Positions 54,952 to 64,000 of a stretch of DNA of 64,000 bases are shown piece by piece. Source of the DNA: Glycera tridactyla (taxonomy: Eukaryota). The stretch is taken from the NCBI GenBank assembly GCA_965644265.1, contig OZ286463.1:69130001-69194000 (forward strand), given 5' to 3'. The translations under genes were made by a program, and so were the position numbers. The notes under the pieces were generated by a model that saw nothing but the letters and a program-made list of their open reading frames with translations, searched no databases and was not told the origin of the DNA. Positions within the stretch are counted from its first letter, which is position 1. Each line of letters begins with the position of its first letter.

Positions 54952-56304
54952 TAGAGCCTCGCCCAAGGCCTTGGCGAGAGTGCGCGCCAGTGTCTCGAGC
55001 TTAGGATCCGGCTTGCCACTTCCCTTGTTTTTCCTCACTTCTTTTTTGCCTTTCTTTGACTGCTTCGTATCTTTTACTTCTTTGGCTGACTCCTTCCCCT
55101 TGCTTTTCGGTTTCCTCTTCTTATCAATTGGGTTGCTCTTGACCTTGCTCTCCCTGGTTGGGAGTTCTAGGTCAGGCTTTTCCCGTGCAGAGGATCCGGC
55201 TTGGGGTTCGCGACCTTGGACCAAATCGTAGAGGCTGGCAGATCCCTGTTTATGGGGTCCGTCTCGCTTTCTACTTTTTTGTGGTCGCTGCTCCTTCGGT
55301 TGGTCTGACTTGTTGCCAAGTCTGCCCTCCCTCGCGAGCAATCGGAGTTCCTTGTCCTTACGTCTGCGTTTTTCGTTGGAAGCTCTGTTACGTGCTTTCC
55401 TACGTTCTTCAGCCCGGGCCTTTTCCGCTTCGGCGTCGCCTGCTGCATTGAAGAGCATCGGTTCATCTTCTTTGCGGGCAATTTCTGGACCTCGCGGTTG
55501 GACACAAGCTTGTTGGACCTCGGCAGATTTGACAGGATTCTGGGTCGTCTTCTTTTCGATTTTCGCCAGGCTCTTGTTTCGAACGCTGACCGTCTTGTTA
55601 ACTTGTCGAACAAGCATCGATCTGCATTCATCCATGTCAGCGTCAGCATGGTCAAAGTGTCTTTCAATGTCGAGGACAGATTCACGTGCTGTGCCGGCTA
55701 TGTCCGTGGCTTCTCTCTCGAGGCGGTCGGCCACCCAGAGCATGCTTTCCCTCGCCTGCGTACGTTTCATCTCATGGAAGCCGTCCTTGAAGTCCGTGGT
55801 GCTGGGGAGCCAGGACGGCCACCTATCGATGCCGTATGCGAATCGGGGTATCACATCTCTTTTTTCCATTTGTCTTAGGTGCCGAGCTACTTGTTGGTAT
55901 TTCTCGTGAGACGACAGTTCCCTTCGTGCGGTTCTGATGGATCTAGCCGCCTTCTCGGGAATGAAGTATTCTCTTGCTTTCATCTGCAACAAACGAAAAA
56001 ATCGAGGTTGAGGTTCAACATTCGGATCATAATCGGGTTGATTCTCAGGTCTGAGAAGTACTCCCAGACTCCTGGAGGACTGTTCAAGGTCCCCCATGGG
56101 ATCAGACACCGAATTGGGTGTCTGTTCCCGTGAAGGTCTCGAGCCGTCCTCCTGGTTCTCGATGAAACTTTCATTTGGTGAATCATATAGATGCCCCCCT
56201 GAGAGAGTTGGAGTTGAAATTGAAACTTGGAGTCCCATGTCTTGCATTGATTCCAAATTTTCAAGGGCAATTCGTTTGCTCTCTGATTCGGGGGTTGTTT
56301 CCAT
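54946..56304 (-). CDS. PLE ORF1, 452 aa or more: acidic low-complexity N-terminus, helical/coiled-coil middle, Lys/Arg-rich C-terminus. Putative RNA-binding/chaperone protein; the frame stays open into the gap, so the true start may lie upstream
   Basis: Long uninterrupted ORF on the same strand, overlapping the ORF2 frame. Charged helical runs (AEAEKARAEERRKARNRASNEKRRRKDKE), NLS-like clusters (KKRKPK) and an amphipathic terminal helix (LETLARTLAKALGEALL). Function is inferred. Confidence 0.8.
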   Translation of the reverse strand: METTPESESKRIALENLESMQDMGLQVSISTPTLSGGHLYDSPNESFIENQEDGSRPSREQTPNSVSDPMGDLEQSSRSLGVLLRPENQPDYDPNVEPQPRFFRLLQMKAREYFIPEKAARSIRTARRELSSHEKYQQVARHLRQMEKRDVIPRFAYGIDRWPSWLPSTTDFKDGFHEMKRTQARESMLWVADRLEREATDIAGTARESVLDIERHFDHADADMDECRSMLVRQVNKTVSVRNKSLAKIEKKTTQNPVKSAEVQQACVQPRGPEIARKEDEPMLFNAAGDAEAEKARAEERRKARNRASNEKRRRKDKELRLLAREGRLGNKSDQPKEQRPQKSRKRDGPHKQGSASLYDLVQGREPQAGSSAREKPDLELPTRESKVKSNPIDKKRKPKSKGKESAKEVKDTKQSKKGKKEVRKNKGSGKPDPKLETLARTLAKALGEALL

Positions 56305-58769
56305 GGAGTCATCAGTTTGCTTTTNNNNNNNNNNNNNNNNNNNNNNNNNNNNNNNNNNNNNNNNNNNNNNNNNNNNNNNNNNNNNNNNNNNNNNNNNNNN
56401 NNNNNNNNNNNNNNNNNNNNNNNNNNNNNNNNNNNNNNNNNNNNNNNNNNNNNNNNNNGATTTCGGGGGTCAAAAATCAGGCATTTCATCAAAGGTTGTC
56501 CCTCAACTTTCTCATTCCGTGGCAAGGAAGTATTCTTTCAAACAAGAACGTGATATATGTGAGGCATGAAGGAGATGAAGAATGGCATGAGCTAGTGTTG
56601 TTTTTGATTGGTAACGATGAAATAATGAGCGCAGCTAATTAATTGCATGAAAGCTATTGAGTGATTGACCTCAATGCCACTCTCCAATTTACCTGCACAT
56701 AAATCATGTCACTCATCATCTGCATCGGCATGTTGCTTTTGTGGATACCCAGCACCTGGGGTCCACTCAATGTATTATCGGATATATCTTTTCTCGAGAG
56801 TTATTGCTTCATTACAAATGATTCCTTAAATGTAGGTGATTTTCCCCATTGGCATGACATCATATCAAATATCCGTATATGTTCACACACAATTGCAGAG
56901 GCGTGCATAAAGATTAATAAGTGAAATGAATGATCAGATAAATGGATATATAGATAAAGATATACACATGAAAAAATGGATCGATAAACAAATGAACAAA
57001 TAAATAAATAAACAAATATAAAATGAAGAGAAATTCATGGTCGGTAGTGAATGTCTGCATTCGTTCCAGGCACGAACACTATACCTATCTGGTATGCTCC
57101 GATACATGGCTACCCCTCCCAAATTGAAACAGAATCTGCTTTCACCATTCAAAAGAGGGGATCATCTGGTAGAAATGAATGGTTCTTCGAATTCAAGGTA
57201 AACGAGCGATACCGAACTTCTCACCATCTCGTATCAGTTTATGTCATGTTATATTGTCTTTTAAAAACATGATCTATTCAGACAAACCACGGCATCATCC
57301 ATCAGCCAGTCACCTGAATCATGGGATGAAACCGAGCCAACTCTCGATGGCCAAAATAAGTACTGGGATTTTTGGAGTTCAGACCAAGTACCATGACGGG
57401 GGATATAGCACTCGCCTGCTGGATAATATAGAGTAACTCAGACTCGGGCGATGGGAGAGGAGTGCTTCAAAATCGACCGGGAGTGCCAATGTTAAAATTG
57501 TGATGTAATACTGTGATGTAATACTGTCATATACATTTATGAAGAAACACTCATGAAAATGGTTTATTCAATGTGGATTAAGACGACATGCAAGTGTCAG
57601 CCTCTTCTCTGCTGCGATGAACAATAATAGATGACAGTGCATGGTAGAAGTGTTGATTGTTCCGACAAGCAAATGGATTGTTGATGGATCGTCATTCATC
57701 ATGATGGGCGGACCCGACTGTCACTCGTGCTCTTATTTCTGGCCCATAATCCTATCGATCACCTTCACCAACCTGCCAACACCAGACTCGTATCACACGG
57801 CATCGGCACATCCGTTGTTATGCCATGCATTCACTACATCTTTGGTACTCGAAATATTCGTCCGAAACTGACTATATGAACCTTTAGTAGTTCGTGATGT
57901 GGTTGAATATTGGAAACTGGCCATCGCCGCCGTCAACGACGTCATNNNNNNNNNNNNNNNNNNNNNNNNNNNNNNNNNNNNNNNNNNNNNNNNNNNNNNN
58001 NNNNNNNNNNNNNNNNNNNNNNNNNNNNNNNNNNNNNNNNNNNNNNNNNNNNNNNNNNNNNNNNNNNNNNNNNNNNNNNNNNNNNNNNNNNNNNNNNNNN
58101 NNNNNNNNNNNNNNNNNNNNNTATTGATTAGCATAAACAAATGGTCCTTCTCGAGTGGGTAGACATCGGATATTTATCGGCTGGTAGCTTGCAGGTGTTT
58201 TTCTCCAATATCCCACTAGTAATTGACATCAGATTGAATGGAATGTCACTGATTGGCTTCGTTGACATTTGTCATTGATTTGGAATGCAGTTCAGTTACA
58301 TAATCACATGCGTATATATATATATATCGAAACTTTCATTGTGACGGCCCCTTTGATAGGGTTCCGTGTCCTATCTTCGAAGGTCTTTAGGTCCAACATT
58401 CTGAAATCTGAAGTGTGCTTTTGTTGGGATACAATGCTTCCTTAAGTACACAATCGTGTCTGCGATCATTGTGATAGTGCATCGTGTATGTGTATCAAAT
58501 AAAGAACCAATATAGATTCGATGACTAACCATATCACCAATTCTGATGATAACTCATCCTCGTATGAATACGGTTAGTTTTTCAGACAAATATATACAGA
58601 TTCTGACTTCACAACCAAATACTATATACGATATGGTGACCACGTATCATGGTTGCGATTCTCTCAGATATAGTGGAATTGAGATGACAATATAAAGTGA
58701 ACACCATCAACATACAGGTAATCGACAAGTCATTAATTCGCCTCTAAGTCAGACTGTGATCATGCTTTA

Positions 58770-58990
58770 AGAGGACAGACAGACAGTCAGTAGGACCTGC
58801 AGACAGACATACAGACAGACAAACATAATGACAGACAGACAGACAAACAGACAAACAGGCGGACAAAAAAATGAAGTCAGACATACTAACTGATAGAATG
58901 ACTGATAGACTAAATAACTGAAGACTGGCTGATTGACTGAATAAATGAATGTATAAAAAGCCGGCAGAAAGCATACAGACAGATGTAACA
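58770..58990. repeat. Degenerate (GACA/GACT)n tract
   Basis: Direct reading. Confidence 0.85.
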
Positions 58991-59329
58991 TAAGCAGACA
59001 TCCGAGACGTCAATTTGGAAAGCTTTCATTCGTATCACATCTCCATATTGTAATATCTGATGTGATAGATATCATGTACTACTTTAAAGAAATTGTCGCC
59101 CATTTTTACCATTGGCTATTCATTGGGCTTTTCTGGACAGGGGTTTGTGTTGTTGCTCATCATCTCTATAGATCAATTTGACGTGCTCATCTACTGAGCT
59201 AATCACCCGAGGAATATTTATCTGTCTGCGTCTAGTAATTAGTGGGTCCTCAATTAGTTCAGTAAGTAGGAAACTGTCAAGCGAAATGTCAAGTACCCTA
59301 CCCAAGAGAGGCACAACTAGCGAGCGGAG

Positions 59330-59331
<2 letters not shown>

Positions 59332-59400
<69 letters not shown>

Positions 59401-59412
59401 CTCTCCTCTCTC
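59332..59412. repeat. (TC)n microsatellite
   Basis: Direct reading. Confidence 0.97.
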
Positions 59413-61767
59413 TCTGCATATCCAACTCACGTGTCCTCAGGTTAGTATACAAACCAATTTCAACACTTGCCAGGCAAAAGTGACTCGTCCATTTGCAGCT
59501 TTTCAAGATAGAATGTTAACTTTGCAGTGACACTGCATGGGTCAGCACTGCAGATTATTGACATTCACACTGACTCATCCATTGATTGTACATACATGTA
59601 CTCCTCAAGAATCGAGCTTGCTATTCCATTGTATTCAATTATTCCTCTCTGGTCATTGGACATATTTCGTTTAGGGCAAAATATGTGTATCACCTCACTC
59701 TCTTTCGCGTAAGAAAAGGTTCCGAATGAATAAAAGATACACCTAAATTTACAGTCATCTTTGGTGTGGTGAAGAAAATAGATGCGGATATACACAGATG
59801 TGAAGATTAAAAATCGGTGATCATGATGACGCGTGTCAGTGAAACGAAGACACCTGCATGGGAATGGGTCTGCTCATATGCATAGTATATTTCGCTTCTT
59901 ATGTGACCCTCATTCTTCATGATTTTTTTAGCAAAAACGTGAGCAGGATCATTTTTGCAGAGTGAGTTATATGCGCCATTAAGTTTTGCTACTGTCGATG
60001 TTATCAAATAGAGATCGGTGAAAAATGTTGTCGCTATCAGTCACGTGACCGCTGATTATGACCTAAAACAGCATCGGCGCAGGTCATACATGATGTAACC
60101 GACGTCGGGAACTCATCGATGGCAGGAATGTACGATCGCGACATCATGGGAATGTGTTCTAATACAAAGCAACTTGATTCTCAGCAGTGACTGATATGAA
60201 AACAACCTGAAGGACATCGAGTCATTCCAGAAGAGCATAGTTCTCAAAAAGAGTGGAATTGACTGTAGGTCGAAAACGTTAAGACAATCGTGTCGGAAAC
60301 ATGACTCTCCTCTGAACTCTAACGACCCCTCCTGTGAAGGCGATGAATTTGGATCACCAGTTTCTGACTCTTGGGGTCTCTTGAATGAGCTCTTCCATGT
60401 CCATCTCAAAGTGATCTGTGCTAACTTCAACAATTGCCTAGCTGAAGACAAAGATTATTGTTTGATATCGCTAGAGCTGTTCTGTCATTGGCGTTCTCGC
60501 AGTGTTAGAGCTGTTAGTACTGTGAAATTTATTTCTTCAGTGTCAAGAGACTGTTCGTATTTACTACAGGGAGTGTGATGGCCATGTGATGACGTATTAG
60601 TAATGCCGGCGCTCACGCGCAGATGATACAGAACACCTTCTGTTGTGATGAACATTTATAAATATAGTTTATGTTATGTTATGTTATGTTATGTTGTACT
60701 GCAACCAACGAAACACAAATGACATACGTTACATTACTTCTGTATTTGCATCAATTTCTATGTCAATTATGACCCTCACTTCATACATGAATCACAGACA
60801 TGAATTTAACAAACATATCGAGTAGACCGAAGGATGGAGCTCGGTCTGTAATCCATCACAGGTGAATTTGTTCCTGCTTGAAGTATCTCCACCATTCCTT
60901 CATTCCATCACATCGAAAGCATGTGATTTGACACTTCTATCACCCTCCTGATGATTGATTCAATGCACACAAACTCCATGATGTTGAATGAAACTCAATT
61001 GCGAATTGTCCAGCAAAAAGTGTTGGTGATGCAACGGTTGTGACGGCTTGTGACTCTCAGTATCGAGTGATTTGAGTCAAGCACCCCAAATGGATCATGC
61101 TGATTTAATTGATATTCTAGCCACTTGATTGTTTCGACTGCTTCGGGTCTAGCAAGCGGTGATAAACACATTTTAAATGATTCCCAGCCAATGAAAGTGC
61201 CATTCTGCATCCGCCACATTAGTCATCAATCACAGTTTTTCTCTTTGCCTACAAAGATTGCAATTTATCTAGATCACATCATCCGCTACATCATCCAATC
61301 ATATGATACACATAACACACATACACGCGAGCGGACACACACCCATACCACACGATATTTCAGACCATTAGTTCGATATTAGTCACACGTGTGGTGGCAC
61401 TGCTTCAAGAACAAGCGTAAAACAAAAAGAACTAGAAACAAGTGGGAAAGATGGGAACATCTGGAAAATCCTGGGATATCTGAAATGATCCGAAATCTAC
61501 CGCTGTATAGAGCCCCATAACTCACCACCACAGTGGCAACAGACCACATAACTGGCAGAGTGCGAGGGATATGGACAATTCAATTTAGGTTCCTTTCAGG
61601 GTGTCGCTAATGGGTTTATCGACGTTGGCCAGGCATGTGATACATAACAATGCACTGCCAGCCACTATAATGAGATTTGTCAGAAAGGGTAGACACACAC
61701 TGTCTGACCTCCCGATGCTGGTGTCTGAAGAAAACTGGCATAGACATGTCAGTATTCTAAAGACACG

Positions 61768-62010
61768 TGTCAGGGTCTTATATCGTCAGTAAACCTTAAC
61801 TGGATGCGCTGCCAACAGAAGGCCAACGGCCAACAGAAGACCCTGAGAAGCCAGAGTCTTATATGGGCAGTGATCCTAATGTTTGCAGTTATTCCAGTCA
61901 ATCATCGCTGCCAATATAAGACCCTGGCTTGTCAGGGTCGTATGTTGGCAGTTGGCCTTTTGTTGGCAGCGCATCCAATTAGGGTTTACTGCTGATATAT
62001 AACCCTGACA
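61768..62010. mobile_element. Palindromic (foldback) MITE with inverted arms of about 105 bp
   Basis: Left arm TGTCAGGGTCTTATATCGTCAGTAAACCTTAACTGGATGCGCTGCCAACAGAAGGCCAAC... matches the reverse complement of the right arm (TGTCAGGGTTATATATCAGCAGTAAACCCTAATTGGATGCGCTGCCAACAAAAGGCCAAC...). Short spacer; no clear TSD. Confidence 0.85.
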
Positions 62011-63349
62011 AACGCGATTGGACACTGTCATTCATTGCAATTCCCAGGAAGTTTTCCTCATTTTCAGCACGATGCATCTCATATAGTGAATTGAATGTGT
62101 GAGGGAGAATATGACAGTGACTGATAAACAAATCAATCGATCAATATAAAGATGAAATATTAGCGTGACTTGCATCTCAATATCTTCCCATTTTATTAAA
62201 AGAGTATTCGCGTCGCCCATGGTGTTGATGGTCGAAAGTGACGCAGACGCATTGCGCAATGCAGAGCGGGTGTTCATGGTGTGCCTGGTTGGTCGGTGTT
62301 CGGTTAATTCCATGAAAACCATGAACAATTAGGATCACATCTTCCGGTCGGGGGAATGCATTTGTTTCATGCTACTCTATCGCATCAACAATCTGCTAGC
62401 AGTCACCTGACCATGATAGGTCAATGGATTTCAGCATTGTCGTTGAAAGCAACTGATCATAACAATGAATCAACATTAGTGAAGATATCACGCCCCTAGC
62501 CCTCAAATTTGGGGATAGTGCAGCGACTTCCATAGAGCACTGCTTTGATAAGTGCAATAATATCTCGTTCGTGCACAGGAAGGTCATGGTTAGTTGTTTG
62601 TGTAACGTCCATGAACCCATCGGACTATATTGAGACGCCCTTGCGATGTACATCCAGGCCGCCTTCATCTTGGTTCACAATGAGATGTCCAAATTGATGA
62701 AATTTTCGACCACCCAAGGTACCATTTCTGACTTTTGTACGAGGGGCTGGTTGGTTTATTTGAGAAACCAAAACAAAATGTAACAGATACTGAAGCCCGA
62801 TGCTAGGCCTCTAGTATTGATGAAATTCATTCACACGATCAACGAAGCAGTAATAAACTATCACAGTTCCAGATCTCATATGGTATCACAGATATGGCGC
62901 ATACCATGACTTTGTGAGTGATATAAAGGTGGTCAGCACTAAGAACATCAAAGCTACATGCTGATGTTAGCTTGTCATGGCTTCCTGGTAGATCCAAGTT
63001 GGCATATGCCAATACTTGTGACACTTATTCTTGTGAGACACATTTCGCTTCTACGCTTGACACAGTCGCTTTGATGGCGGTCATCGCAACCACAGAGCCA
63101 CATGAATGAGGACCACCTCCATCATAATGTAATAAGGAACTAAATAGGCGAGTTGCAGGCCATCACAGACATATTTCATGATGAATTATCAGCAATGAAT
63201 CGCTCAGCTCGAAATTGAATTATAAGCACACAGAAATCAATTTCTGGTGCACTTATTCATATTTCTATGTTCATCTGTCAAGCTTGCCATTTGGGATCGA
63301 TATGATCTCACAACATCTATCGCCTTGATGATGAGGTTGTTGTTGTTGT

Positions 63350-63350
<1 letters not shown>

Positions 63351-63412
<62 letters not shown>
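63351..63412. repeat. (GAT)n microsatellite
   Basis: Direct reading. Confidence 0.97.
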
Positions 63413-63414
<2 letters not shown>

Positions 63415-64000
63415 GTGCTTCGTGACAGAATGTTTCTTTTTTCCATCTGAAAATCTATAGAAACATCTGCGCAGAGGAGAGTGATCAATGTGGTAGGATC
63501 TGATTCGGCTGTTCAAATTGACATCAAAACACCTGGTTGCTTGAGAGCAGAATAAAATTTGCAGCAGCAATCACATCAGAGAAAGTGCCAAGAACGCTTC
63601 CTAATCTCATTTTGCTGTCTCAATCAAGAGCTGACACTTTCACAGTAAGTCTAATTGGGTATGGCTGCTGCAGGATAACTTGTAGAACCATCTATGAAAA
63701 CAAGCCCCAGGAGGCACCAATCATCATCGCCTTTTCTGTTGGAAGCGCCAAAAATCTCAGCCCTCAAGTCAGATCATAATGAAATGTGACGTTTGAGATG
63801 ATGACGCCACAAAAATTCTCGAACACTGATTGCGGTGACATGATCAAAATGTGAACAGCTAGTGGCTGGATTTCTTTCTCGTCTCTCGATCGATATCCAA
63901 CACTATATTCTATCGGGAACGCCGCGAATCTATACAGCTGCCTGTCTATCTAAACCTGTCACGACCTAATGCAACGAAATGCCGGGGAATATGAGGATGG

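Larger units (their letters stand above)
51438..56324 (-). mobile_element. Penelope-like retroelement, Neptune-type (EN+), apparently intact; 5' end hidden by the N-gap 56325-56458; may extend to about 50500
   Basis: RT plus C-terminal GIY-YIG ORF with a Cys-rich linker, an upstream ORF1, a structured 3' region with a hammerhead ribozyme, and (TA)n adjacency. Confidence 0.93.

Noticed and set aside
55158-56133. Several 80-200 aa ORFs overlapping ORF1 on both strands
   Set aside because: Shadow ORFs of a GC-richer coding region.
56290-56316. CUGAUGA-CUCCAUG-GAAA over the ORF1 start codon
   Set aside because: Stem II would have only one base pair and no stem I or III partner is visible; cannot be judged because the gap begins 8 nt upstream.
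7843-58216. ORFs containing X runs
   Set aside because: Artefacts of translating through N-gaps.
59120-59330. Protein-like minus-strand stretch KLRSLVVPLLGRVLDISLDSFLLTELIEDP...
   Set aside because: The ORF depends on a (GA)n tract, and no family or splice sites could be assigned.

Overview
Eukaryotic (probably invertebrate animal; this is an inference) draft-assembly DNA with 11 N-gaps. It is repeat-rich and mostly non-coding, and I could not identify any host gene with confidence. The main feature is an apparently intact Penelope-like retroelement (PLE) on the minus strand, about 51.4-56.3 kb. It has the Neptune-type layout: RT, Cys-rich linker and C-terminal GIY-YIG endonuclease. Two properties stand out. 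(1) It has two ORFs: a 452-aa coiled-coil/basic ORF1 ends at CUU-UGA-C exactly where a +1 slip enters the RT-EN frame, and that frame has no AUG ahead of its conserved start, which suggests programmed +1 frameshifting. (2) Its 3' region holds a complete but discontinuous type I hammerhead ribozyme, whose stem III closes a 190-nt multi-hairpin insert, with a predicted cut about 40 nt before a (TA)n tract. A further 0.9-kb structured module lies between two (TA)n tracts. The rest of the window holds a decayed second PLE RT fragment, LINE C-terminal remnants, a TA-flanked MITE, a palindromic MITE, a probable solo LTR, several mini/microsatellites and a pair of collinear paralogous blocks about 19.5 kb apart. 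Most ORFs in the supplied track are artefacts of repeats or N-gaps.
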